Positions 41,592-50,827 of a stretch of 64,000 bases of DNA are shown here, piece after piece. The DNA is from an uncultured cyanobacterium (GTDB lineage: Bacteria > Cyanobacteriota > Cyanobacteriia > Cyanobacteriales > CAWUOF01): contig CAVUSO010000001.1 in assembly GCA_963744145.1 (NCBI GenBank), positions 5,376,001 to 5,440,000 on the forward strand, in the 5' to 3' direction. How positions within the stretch are numbered: position 1 is the first letter of the stretch; the number at the start of each line of letters is the position of its first letter. Under the pieces are notes generated by a model that had not been told where the DNA came from, ran no database searches, and saw only the letters and a program-made list of their open reading frames with translations. Both the position numbers and the translations under genes were made by a program.

Positions 41592-42008
41592 ATGGACCCA
41601 ATAACTGCTGGTGCGATCGCACTAATTACTCTGCTGGTCAACAAAACTTTTGAGAAAACGGGCGAAATAGTTGTAAGTAAAGCTTTTGACCAAGCAGGTA
41701 ATGTTCTCAACTTGCTCAAACACAAATCTCCCGAAACTGCCAAAATGATTGCAGCAGCAGAAAATCCTGCTTTACCTCCTGGTGAAACGGTATATATGGA
41801 TGCTGTGGTAGAAAAGGTACAATCAGAAGCCCAACGTGACCCGGAAATTAAGGCAGAGTTGGAAAAATTAGGGGCTATGATCGAAGCAGCGAAAAAGGTA
41901 GATCCGCAATTGGCTAATACTATTAATGAAAATTGGCAGGGGATATGTTTTAAAAATGCTAATCCTACTATTTCTAATAATACTTTTAATTTTGGTGGCA
42001 AAGGATGA
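41592..42008 (+). CDS. Small helical protein (Bell/HeLo-like candidate effector) with a C-terminal motif shared with the adjacent NLR
   Basis: MDPIT hydrophobic N-terminal helix, helical core, C-terminal NWQGICFKNANPTISNNTFNF. Confidence 0.75.
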   Translation: MDPITAGAIALITLLVNKTFEKTGEIVVSKAFDQAGNVLNLLKHKSPETAKMIAAAENPALPPGETVYMDAVVEKVQSEAQRDPEIKAELEKLGAMIEAAKKVDPQLANTINENWQGICFKNANPTISNNTFNFGGKG

Positions 42009-43620
42009 ATATTGAAAAAAATTGGCAGGGAATAAATTTTGAAGATGCCAATCCTAGTATTACGGGTAATCAATTTATCTTTAATAATCAAACACCTTCA
42101 ATTCCTGTTTATAATATTCCTTATACTGGTGTTCTTAATTTTGTAGGACGAAAAACGGAACTGCAAACACTGCAAGGGCAATTCCAGAAGTGTGATGGTG
42201 TAGTCATTTCTGCTGTGGCGGGGATGGGTGGTGTGGGCAAAACTGAATTGGCGATTAAATATGCACGCACCCATGAACAAGATTATCCTGGAGGGATTTG
42301 CTGGTTATCTGCTAGAGATGAGGGTTTAGCTAATAATATTTTACAATTTGCGCTGCTTGATCTGAAGTTGGAAGTGCCGCAAAAATTAGGCGAAAAACTG
42401 CTATCTCTTAAAGAACAGGTAAGCTGGTGTTGGCAGCATTGGCAACCATCGGCGGGGGCAGTTTTATTGGTGTTAGATGATGTTACTATTTGGAAAAGTT
42501 GTCGAGATTTTATTCCCAAAATTAATCGCTTTAAGATTTTAATTACTACCCGATTACGACATCTCGATAGCAATTTTCTTCAGTTATCGTTAGATGTATT
42601 TTCACCGGATGAAGCTTTAGAATTTTTGAGGAATTTGCTTGGGGAAAAGCGAGTAGCACAGGAACTGGAAATTGCTAAAGATTTATGTAAATGGCTGGGG
42701 TATCTGCCTTTGGGGTTGGAATTGGTAGGACGATATTTGGTGGAAGATCCTGATTTGTCTTTAATGAAAATGTGGGAGAGGTTAAGACAAAAACGGTTGG
42801 AAGATGAGGCAGTTAATCCTGGAGATGAAGATTTACAGGATACAGAAATGACAGCAAAGAGAGGAGTAAAAACTGCGTTTGAGTTAAGCTGGCAAGAATT
42901 GGATGTGATGACACAGCAATTAGGGGAATTGTTGAGTTTGTTTGCGCCAGCTATTATTCCTTGGAAATTATTAGTTGAATCTATAGCTAAATTGCTGAAT
43001 TGGAATGAGGCAGAGGTTGATAAAGGAAAAAAGGAACTTTATAAGCGATTTTTAATTAAGAGGTTAGCAGAAAGAGAGGCTTGTTATGAAATTCACCCTT
43101 TGATTAGGGAGTTTTTGAAAGCAAAGATAGATGAGTCTGAACTAGCACAAGATGTCAAACAGGCTTTTGTAGAAGTGATGGTAACAATGGCCAAGGAAAT
43201 TCCTGATTCAATCACGATAGATTTAATTGAGAAGTTAAAAGTTGTAATTCCTCATCTAGAAGAAGTAGCGGAAAACTTGATTGATATAGTTAGGGATGAA
43301 GATTTATATTGCGTTTTTTTAATGGGTTAGGTAGATTTTATCAAGGTCAAGGATTATATAATTTAGCAGAACCCTGGTTAGAACAGTCTTTAAGCAAAAT
43401 AAAAGCAAAGTTGGGCAACGACCATCCCGATGTGGCTGCCAGTTTGAACAATCTGGCATTACTCTACAACAACCAAGGGAGATACGCAGAAGCGGAACCG
43501 TTATTCCTTGACGCTTTAGTAATATGCGAAAATTGTTTAGGAAAAGATCATCCTGGTACTATTGATATTCGTCAAAATCTAGATATACTTAAAGAATATC
43601 TCAGCCAGAGTAAATATTAG
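42005..43620 (+). CDS. NLR-like NB-ARC + TPR protein, frameshifted at a T7 run (43314-43320)
   Basis: GMGGVGKT, LLVLDDV, GYLPLGL, IHPL; continuation frame holds kinesin-light-chain-type TPRs (HPDVAASLNNLALLY..QGRYAEAEPL). Confidence 0.9.
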
Positions 43621-43729
43621 CGATCGCCTGATCTATCTGAAAATGTTTAAAATCATCTTAATAACTCTGTTTCGCGATCGCATATTCCTTACTCGCTAGG
43701 GAAACTGTCAAACAAGGATTTACAGGCTG

Positions 43730-43878
43730 AAACCTTCGATATCTTGCTTATTGATTGCCAAAAATTCTGTAAAACCTTTATCCAGCATAGCCTCAACCGG
43801 AAAAATTAATCCCTCTCCTGTAATCAACTCAATCTCAAAAAATAATTCCCCTTTGCTGCCAAACCTCCCCTCAATTAT
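43730..43878 (-). pseudogene. Clan AA aspartic protease remnant
   Basis: IIEGRFGSKGELFFEIELI..VEAMLD, then a one-base loss in the DTG motif, then GFTEFLAINKQDIEG; first codon is ATA. Confidence 0.7.
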
Positions 43879-44192
43879 ATTCTACCAGTTGCCCCTGATT
43901 CATTCAAACAAAACATACAGTGGATAGTGTTTGGGTGTTTTTGCTGTGCCTTTTGGCTGGCTATTTCCTGATCAGAATCAATAAAATAATCCCCACTATT
44001 GGGTTCAACTGCAATATACCAGCCATAGTGTTTCTCAATTAGTTCAGGAGATACTTGCTCAAAAATTTTTCGACAACGCTGATGAAAAGCTTCTCTCTCG
44101 GCTTTATGTCTAGCTTTTTCTGCGGGTGACCATTGAATTTCTGGAAAAATTCTGCCTCGACGGACAATTCTCTGGGGAGTAGATTGGGTCAT
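43875..44192 (-). CDS. DUF5678-like protein (upstream partner of the protease remnant)
   Basis: ELIEKHYGWYIAVEPNSGDYFI; same gene order as 30054-30869. Confidence 0.65.
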   Translation of the reverse strand: MTQSTPQRIVRRGRIFPEIQWSPAEKARHKAEREAFHQRCRKIFEQVSPELIEKHYGWYIAVEPNSGDYFIDSDQEIASQKAQQKHPNTIHCMFCLNESGATGRI

Positions 44193-44499
44193 AATTCGCT
44201 CTAAATACTCATTTTTGTCTATTTGGGATTTCAGCCAAAAGATAGTCAGAAACTAATTCAAATTTGTTTGCTGATTACACTATAATTATAGCAGATTTTT
44301 GTGATAAAATTTATACCAGCTAAGGCTAATTCGGTAAAAATCTTCTTCATGGTAACTGTAAAGTTGCAAAGTTATTTATCCCAAAAATGCAACAACTATG
44401 CTATAATAAAATTAGTTGATTAAACAAAACGTCAAACTTATTATTCTGGACTAGCATTAATTACCCCTCAAAAAATCGATCAAGGAGGGTCGATTTGTC

Positions 44500-44820
44500 A
44501 TGATAGAAACAGAAAAAATTCTGCAAATTAGTCGGGCTATTGCTAGGGAATTTAAGCCAAACAAAATTATTTTATTTGGTTCATACGCTTATGGGAATCC
44601 TCAAGATGACTCAGATGTTGATTTATTAGTCATTTTGCCGTACAAGGGGAGTAATTTTCAGAAAAGTTGGGAAATTTTAAATAAAATTCAACCGAATTTT
44701 GCTCTAGATTTGTTAGTGCGAACTCCTGGAGATGTGGAGCAACGTCTCGCCTGGAATGATTTTTTTCTGCGGGAAATCATTGAAAAAGGAAAAGTGATTT
44801 ATGAATCCGCTAACAGTTGA
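44500..44820 (+). CDS. Minimal nucleotidyltransferase (MNT) antitoxin
   Basis: ILFGSYAYG..DSDVDLLV. Confidence 0.9.
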   Translation: MIETEKILQISRAIAREFKPNKIILFGSYAYGNPQDDSDVDLLVILPYKGSNFQKSWEILNKIQPNFALDLLVRTPGDVEQRLAWNDFFLREIIEKGKVIYESANS

Positions 44821-44983
44821 ATGGGTTGATAAAGCTGAGGGGGATTTTATTACAGCTTTGCGGGAGTTACGAGCCAGGAAATCTCCCAACTATGATGCGG
44901 CATCTTTTCACGCTCAACAGTGTGTTGAGAAATATTTGAAAGCGCATTTGCAAGAATCTGGAATTGCTTTCAGTAAAACATAG
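44801..44983 (+). pseudogene. Truncated HEPN toxin
   Basis: EWVDKAEGD..FHAQQCVEKYLKA..FSKT*; stops before the usual KTHDL motif and C-terminal half. Confidence 0.8.
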
Positions 44984-45046
44984 CTGTATGGCATTCATAA
45001 ACCTGGAATAGGCTGTAAACTGTCAAGAAGTAATAGGAAAAATATA

Positions 45047-45331
45047 ATGCAAGCATATAAACTCAAAGGAAAAATAGATCCATCTGGTAATTTAGTGATT
45101 ACCGAAACCGTAAATTTACCCCCTGGAGATGTGGAAGTGATAGTCTGGCAAACTACTGAGATGTTTGATAACACTACAACTTCAGCAAGTGAACTACGAT
45201 CAGAAACACCAAAGAGAAAATCTAGGGTAAAAGCATTTGAGGGTTTATTTGAAAATGCTCCACCCATCCCACCAAACTTTGATCCAGACCTAGCTAAATG
45301 GGAATATTTAAAAGAGAAACATAAGCTGTGA
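45047..45331 (+). CDS. Putative antitoxin upstream of the PIN gene
   Basis: GTGA overlap with the PIN gene; ends WEYLKEKHKL. Confidence 0.65.
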   Translation: MQAYKLKGKIDPSGNLVITETVNLPPGDVEVIVWQTTEMFDNTTTSASELRSETPKRKSRVKAFEGLFENAPPIPPNFDPDLAKWEYLKEKHKL

Positions 45332-45747
45332 AAATCTTGCTAGATACTAATATAGTTGTTGATGATGCCCTGGAAAGACAGCCTTTTTGGGATGCAAGCG
45401 AGCAAGTTTTATCCCTGATTGAACAAAGACAAATTGAAAGTTATATTTCAGCTTCAACTTTTAGTGATTTGTATTACATCATCCGTAGAGCAAGAGGTAA
45501 AGATTGGACGTTTACTTATTTAAACCAGTTAGTTACCTTTTGCCGAATTGCTACTGTAAATCAGGCAGTAATTACAATGGCTATCACCGCAAATTTTAGT
45601 GATTTTGAAGATGCCATTCAATACGCCACTGCTGTATTAAATCAATTAGATGTGATTATTACCCGTAATCCTAAAGACTTCTCTGTTGTTCAACCGCGAA
45701 TTCTTACTCCTCAGCAATTAATTGAGGAATTAAAAAATTCTTGTTGA
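45328..45747 (+). CDS. PIN-domain (VapC-like) protein
   Basis: ILLDTNIVVD, DFEDAIQ, IITRNPKDF. Confidence 0.9.
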   Translation: MKILLDTNIVVDDALERQPFWDASEQVLSLIEQRQIESYISASTFSDLYYIIRRARGKDWTFTYLNQLVTFCRIATVNQAVITMAITANFSDFEDAIQYATAVLNQLDVIITRNPKDFSVVQPRILTPQQLIEELKNSC

Positions 45748-45837
45748 GTGATTTCAACAATGAAAAAATCGAATAATTTTCAAACTTTCAATCCCGCGAT
45801 CGCAACACCCAAGAAAATATATTTATTACTGTTATAT

Positions 45838-46170
45838 CTTGAGGCTTTAGTAATATGCGAAAGGGCGTTGCTGATTTACGGTATGAATAAAGAATTTGTA
45901 GGGGTGTATGGCTTTTGAGCCCAGGGCGCATAGCCATGCGCCCCTACAGAATTTTCATACCCTGATTAAGCAACGCCAGATCATCCTAATACTATTGTTA
46001 TTCGTGAAAATCTAAATATACTTAAAGAATCTCTCAGCCAGAGTAAAGATTAGCGATCGCCTGATCTATCTGAAAATGTTTAAAATCATCTTAATAACTC
46101 TCTTTCGCGATCGCATATTCCCTACTCGCTAGGGAAACTGTCAAATAAGGATTTACAGGCTGAAACCTAC
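45838..46170 (+). pseudogene. Diverged duplicate of the NLR 3' end and its downstream flank (about 43507-43735)
   Basis: Colinear high similarity, interrupted by the MITE-like element. Confidence 0.8.
45864..45977. mobile_element. MITE-like element containing a GTAGGGG...CCCCTAC REP-like hairpin
   Basis: Terminal inverted repeats GGCGTTGCTGATTTACGGTATGAA / TTCATACCCTGATTAAGCAACGCC; absent from the paralogous site near 43531. Confidence 0.75.
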
Positions 46171-46353
46171 TTATAATTCGCTCTAAATACTCATTTTTAT
46201 CTATGATTTTAGCTCGGAATTGACAAGCGATCGCGGTGCTGATGACACTAAATGCTACTCTAAATATAGACAGGATATTTAATATTAATAATTCTGGCGT
46301 GATGTTTAAATTACATTTTCGCTCATTAGGTTGATTGGGCAAGGGTGAAAATA

Positions 46354-46701
46354 TTACAAAGGTAAGTATTGAACTTGGTTGATTAAATCTTCAGGGTCAC
46401 TTACTTTCGCAAGTATTTCTAAGTCGCGCACACAATCGCCAACGGTTACATACTGTTGATGCGCGTAGATAACCCCACTAAAATTTATTCCCTCTTGCTG
46501 GTGATGATTTGCCATGACTAAAAAATCATCATCTTGGGTAAAAATAACCCGCTGAAGTTCCGTAGCACGATCAAGTAAAATCGGATCAGGTGTGCCAGTT
46601 CTGCCATCTTCTTGTACGGTGAGAACGTCTATCCCTCGCAATTTTAAACCATTTGTAATAGCTCGGCGGACATGTTCATCGATGTACAGAGCTAGGGTCA
46701 T
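46354..46701 (-). CDS. DUF5615 PIN-like protein
   Basis: LYIDEHV, DPILLDRATELQRVIFTQDDDF. Confidence 0.85.
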   Translation of the reverse strand: MTLALYIDEHVRRAITNGLKLRGIDVLTVQEDGRTGTPDPILLDRATELQRVIFTQDDDFLVMANHHQQEGINFSGVIYAHQQYVTVGDCVRDLEILAKVSDPEDLINQVQYLPL

Positions 46702-47015
46702 TTAATTAGCCCTTGGATGCGAAGTTTTTTAACTAAAGCAGATTCACCAGTTTGTTGACGTAACTTTTCAACCTGCTCGAATCGTTGCTGCATATCGGCA
46801 TCTAGTTCTTCTTTGTTATCCCAATAATAAGCTAAGGCAGAATAAATTTGACTCATGCTTAAATAGGGGTGTTGAAATTTAATTTCTTCGGGACTCCAGC
46901 CAAAACTAAGATGACCGGAAACTAATTCAATTACTTTCATCGTTGTTCCGGCGATGTAGGGAACTTTGTTTTCATCCAGTTCTATATATTTGTGTTGAGT
47001 AGCAGTCAAGTTCAT
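46698..47015 (-). CDS. DUF433 antitoxin-like protein
   Basis: PYIAGTTMKV..GWSPEEI..HPYLSMSQIYSALAYY; start placed at ATG 47015. Confidence 0.88.
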   Translation of the reverse strand: MNLTATQHKYIELDENKVPYIAGTTMKVIELVSGHLSFGWSPEEIKFQHPYLSMSQIYSALAYYWDNKEELDADMQQRFEQVEKLRQQTGESALVKKLRIQGLIK

Positions 47016-47115
47016 CAAATTTGCCTTGTTGCTGATTACACTATAATTATAGCAGATTTTTGTGATTCGGCTGATAAAGATACGGTGAGCGATTGAATCC
47101 GGTTGATTAATTCTG

Positions 47116-47490
47116 TTAACCTTGCCCGTTGCCTTGGTTTCTCTGTTGAAGTTGTAAATATTCCCAGATGCGTCTAATCTCGGCTCGATCTTCTGCACTA
47201 CGTTCTGCTAATTCCGTATTGCGTTGTGCTAGTTCGCGATCGTGTTGTGCTAATTCGATATTGCGTTGTGCCAATTCCAACATAAATCCGGACAAGTTGG
47301 TAACAGTAGCCGTCAATTGCCGTTGGCTCTCGAAGAGAGAATCTACCTTATCAGTAATAACCGAAAATTCTCCCTGAAGTGCGAGGATTTCATCAAGCAA
47401 GATATTCGTTCTTTTCCCAAATTCGGTCTCGTCCTGACTAACTCGTTCTCTTAACGCTGTTATTTGTTCTTGTAGTGAATTGGTTTCCAT
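47116..47490 (-). CDS. Coiled-coil hypothetical protein with 7-aa repeats
   Basis: ELAQRNI/ELAQHDR/ELAQRNT repeats, EIRRIWEYL. Confidence 0.7.
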   Translation of the reverse strand: METNSLQEQITALRERVSQDETEFGKRTNILLDEILALQGEFSVITDKVDSLFESQRQLTATVTNLSGFMLELAQRNIELAQHDRELAQRNTELAERSAEDRAEIRRIWEYLQLQQRNQGNGQG

Positions 47491-47642
47491 CTTGCTTTAG
47501 TTGATTTGGCTCAATCTTATTATAGCTGTCTGTTATATCAGTGGGTTGTCCTAGTTTTCCGGCGATCGCTGCTACCCAGATCGGAAATGTAGCTATTGTC
47601 CTAGGTCCACGCTGCGCGATTACCTACGGTATACTAAGTGAA

Positions 47643-47670
47643 GTAGGGGCGTATTGCAATACGCCCCTAC
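47643..47670. repeat. REP-like palindrome GTAGGGGCGTATTGCAATACGCCCCTAC
   Basis: Identical to 1241-1268. Confidence 0.9.
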
Positions 47671-47685
47671 GGTTTCTGATATCTA

Positions 47686-48246
47686 TTAGTCCTCAAAAAT
47701 CGCATCAACACTAATCACTATGTCCGGAAATGAAAGAGGTGAGATACTTTCACCGCGTCTAAATTGTTGGATACTTTCATAACCATTAGCTCCGGGATTA
47801 CGATAAACCTCAACTAATTCAGCCCGTACATCTACGATCCAAAGTTCAATAATCCCAGCTCTCCCATAGAGAACTGACTTCACATTGCGATCGTTGTCGA
47901 TGGTCGTATCTGCTACTTCGATCAATAAATATACGTCTTGGGGTTGGGGGTGTAACTTTCGGTATGAACGACGTTTCAAGATTGATACATCAGGTTGGGG
48001 TTCTAATCCCCCGTTTAGCCTGACTGGAGTTTGTGACAAGATTGAAATACGTTTACCCAAAGCGTCATAGAATAGTTCATACAAGCAACCAATACAGCCT
48101 GCATGACGACTACCCATCGGTGCCATAAGAATTATATCCCCATCAATTAGTTCAGTCCGTTCATCAGGTCCAATTATCCCAACTTCCCCCAGCTTGTAAT
48201 ATTCCTCCACAGTAAATTTCTTTCGCTCTGTTGCTACTACAGACAT
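47686..48246 (-). CDS. Uma2-family endonuclease
   Basis: FTVEEYYKL, ELIDG, EPQPD, LLIEVADTT; start placed at ATG 48246. Confidence 0.9.
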   Translation of the reverse strand: MSVVATERKKFTVEEYYKLGEVGIIGPDERTELIDGDIILMAPMGSRHAGCIGCLYELFYDALGKRISILSQTPVRLNGGLEPQPDVSILKRRSYRKLHPQPQDVYLLIEVADTTIDNDRNVKSVLYGRAGIIELWIVDVRAELVEVYRNPGANGYESIQQFRRGESISPLSFPDIVISVDAIFED

Positions 48247-48447
48247 AATCCTTATCCTATTGCTTGAATGGGGTCTATCTAACAATTAGATTTTACTCTG
48301 ATGGCTTTCTTCGTAGGCTGATTGTCCCGTAGGCGATCCAGTTCCCAGTCGCATATTTGGGATTGACTCAACTCTTCTCTGTAATGTTCAGATGTTGGTT
48401 AAAACTCACAGGAACCACAGCATCGATCGCATCTTTCGACTTGAGAA

Positions 48448-49770
48448 TTAAGTTCTCCCATTCACAAATAATCCCTCCACAATTACAGACGGAGTATAAC
48501 AAGCACCATTCCAATCCGCATCACCACCGATTTCTACAATATGGTTTAAAGCTGTATAAACATTTCCAGCTACCATAGTGTCTTTCACTCGACCAATTAC
48601 TTGACCATTCTTTACGAGATAACCAAGCTCAACATTAATCGAAAAATCACCGGAAATCCCGGCACTACTACCGAGAATTTGATCAACAATTAATCCATCA
48701 CCTAGAGTAGCAATTAAATCAAGTAAAGGACGTTTCCCTGGATCAATCATCAGGTTAAATAAACCTGGAGTGGGATAGCTGCCTAAACTGGGCCGAAATC
48801 CATTCCCCGTGGAACTACTCCCTAGCGATCGACCTACAGTGCGATCGGTATAAAATAGTTGTAAGATCCCATTTTGGATAAACACCAAAGGCCAAGTACG
48901 AGAACCTTCATCATCAAATGGACAACTAAATGGCCCTGCATCCGGTTGTTGACGTAAGGTAAGCAGAGGGGATACCACTGATTCACCCAAGCGATCGCTC
49001 CAAGGGGAAGCTTTTTCCAGGACTTGTTTCCCATTCAGGGCAGTTTGAACTGTTCCCCACAGCATATCCGCAGCTTTGGCTGTAAATAAAATGGGTATCC
49101 GGCCAGTTGGGGGCGCAACATTATTTTTAGCCCAATCAAGCCGCTGCAAAATTTGATGGATCAGAGCTAAGGGTTCAAGACTACCCCGTTGAGTTTGGCC
49201 ATCAGAGACACAGAGTAAGTCATCATTGCGAACCCACTCAGCGGCTAGATAACAACTAAGAGTAGTGTCAGTATAACCACAATCTAATCCATGGGAATTA
49301 ATTAAGCGAGTAGTTTCAATTTCGCATTCCCATTCTGCGGTGCAAAGGATTTCTGGGTTAGCATCTCGAATTAAAGCGATCGCTTCTTTTCCCCAACCGA
49401 TTAATTGCTCGACCGGCACCACTTGTCCGAGATCGGGATATTCGATCTGATCTGTAGGAGCAGCGATCTCAATCGTTTCTGGTTCATTCAAGGTGCTAAT
49501 CGCGATCGCCCGTTCCACCAGACTTTGAGGGTCGAATTGACCATAGGCCACGGCCAGACCTGGGCGACCATTGCGCCAGAGTCGGAGGGCTGTACCTTCT
49601 GATTGGATACTTTCTAATTGTTTGAGGCGGTTGGCTTCAAAAAAGATTGGTCGCGAAAGCGATCGCGAATGAAATACTTCGGCGGCTTGACTGCCTGACT
49701 TATGTGCTAACTCAAGCAGTTGTTCTGCTAGCTCATTTAATTGCAAATTCTCAGAACCCATAAAAGGCAA
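48448..49770 (-). CDS. TldD/PmbA-family protein (TldE/PmbA-like)
   Basis: PFDDEG, STGNG, SGDFS, AGN motifs; no TldD HExxH. Confidence 0.85.
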   Translation of the reverse strand: MPFMGSENLQLNELAEQLLELAHKSGSQAAEVFHSRSLSRPIFFEANRLKQLESIQSEGTALRLWRNGRPGLAVAYGQFDPQSLVERAIAISTLNEPETIEIAAPTDQIEYPDLGQVVPVEQLIGWGKEAIALIRDANPEILCTAEWECEIETTRLINSHGLDCGYTDTTLSCYLAAEWVRNDDLLCVSDGQTQRGSLEPLALIHQILQRLDWAKNNVAPPTGRIPILFTAKAADMLWGTVQTALNGKQVLEKASPWSDRLGESVVSPLLTLRQQPDAGPFSCPFDDEGSRTWPLVFIQNGILQLFYTDRTVGRSLGSSSTGNGFRPSLGSYPTPGLFNLMIDPGKRPLLDLIATLGDGLIVDQILGSSAGISGDFSINVELGYLVKNGQVIGRVKDTMVAGNVYTALNHIVEIGGDADWNGACYTPSVIVEGLFVNGRT

Positions 49771-49853
49771 AACTCAGAACTGTGCCAATCCAAAAGCCAC
49801 AACTCAAAATTACTTCTGACTTGAACACTTCTGACTCCTGAATTGTTTTTACT

Positions 49854-50744
49854 TTACGCTAAATTGACTTCTTGTAATAACCAAAATCCAGCAAATGATT
49901 CTGATTGGGGATGATCTTGCACGGCTAAAAAATGGACTTGTGCCGCTTTTTGTTTAGCTTGAGCAAATTTTTGTGCTTCTGCTTGGAGTTGAGGTTGGTT
50001 AAGATTAGCCAAAATCCAGGCTTCACTAGCTCCAGTTTCTAGGAGTAATCGGGCTGGGGGTTCTCCTTCTACTTTGAGAAAAGCTAAATCTAATCCTGAT
50101 GCCCAACCAGCGAGAGCTAAGGCCCGATTTGAAAAAATCACGACTCCAGGAATGGGGCTAGTTGGATCTAGGGGTGCAGTCACACCTTTTTTGTCGCCAA
50201 TTTGCAAAGGAAAAGCTTCCTGAAAGTCTATTGGCCATTCTCTCATGTCCTCAAAGTCCTGAGCTGCTAAGGTGACAAATGCCCACTTTTCCCCAATTAA
50301 AGCTTCGGGTAGGGGCTGATTTGCAGATGGTTCAAACCTTATTCCTGCTGCTATTGCGGCTGGATCAAATCCAGGTTGTTCAGGGTAAATAGTTTGCATT
50401 CGTTCTTCTAACCATTGATGTAGCGCATAGGTTCGTCGGCTTGGTTGCGGTTGAATCCCTAAATCATTGCAGGCTTTGGTAATCATATTATTCATCTGAC
50501 GACGAAAGAAGCGGATTTTATGCGGGGTTTGTCCAGCTTGAGCGATCGCTGCTGTAATCGCTTGACGTAACCACAGGGAATTTACCTCAGCACTACCACA
50601 ATATTGAGAGTAGCGAAATAAGGAATCTGGTTGACGATCGAAATCCAATGGACTCTCACAGACCAAGACTTCCCAAATTTTTTTCTGTTGTTCGTCCAGA
50701 ATTGGACGGGAATAAAAATCTAATTCCCAGATGATATTTCCCAT
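49854..50744 (-). CDS. Tab2/Atab2-family RNA-binding protein (DUF1092)
   Basis: WELDFYSRP..KKIWE, FFRRQM, HFLAVQ..FAGFWLL. Confidence 0.9.
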   Translation of the reverse strand: MGNIIWELDFYSRPILDEQQKKIWEVLVCESPLDFDRQPDSLFRYSQYCGSAEVNSLWLRQAITAAIAQAGQTPHKIRFFRRQMNNMITKACNDLGIQPQPSRRTYALHQWLEERMQTIYPEQPGFDPAAIAAGIRFEPSANQPLPEALIGEKWAFVTLAAQDFEDMREWPIDFQEAFPLQIGDKKGVTAPLDPTSPIPGVVIFSNRALALAGWASGLDLAFLKVEGEPPARLLLETGASEAWILANLNQPQLQAEAQKFAQAKQKAAQVHFLAVQDHPQSESFAGFWLLQEVNLA

Positions 50745-50827
50745 GCTCCTCAGTTTAAATTTTGCTCATCCTTTTATCATAGGGGGATGGGGTAATATAA
50801 TTTGAGTTGCTAGTTGAGATTAGGGTG

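Noticed and set aside
41555..42091. 178-aa minus-strand ORF
   Set aside because: Antisense to the effector/NLR pair, which has much stronger support.
46091..46342. 83-aa ORF
   Set aside because: Reads across three unrelated duplicated fragments, so it is probably accidental.
46698..47198. Long N-terminal extensions in the ORF track (also on sigF, arsM, the BrnA-like gene and the Uma2 at 47686)
   Set aside because: They come from upstream alternative starts that overlap neighbours or spacers; family-like sequence begins at downstream ATGs.
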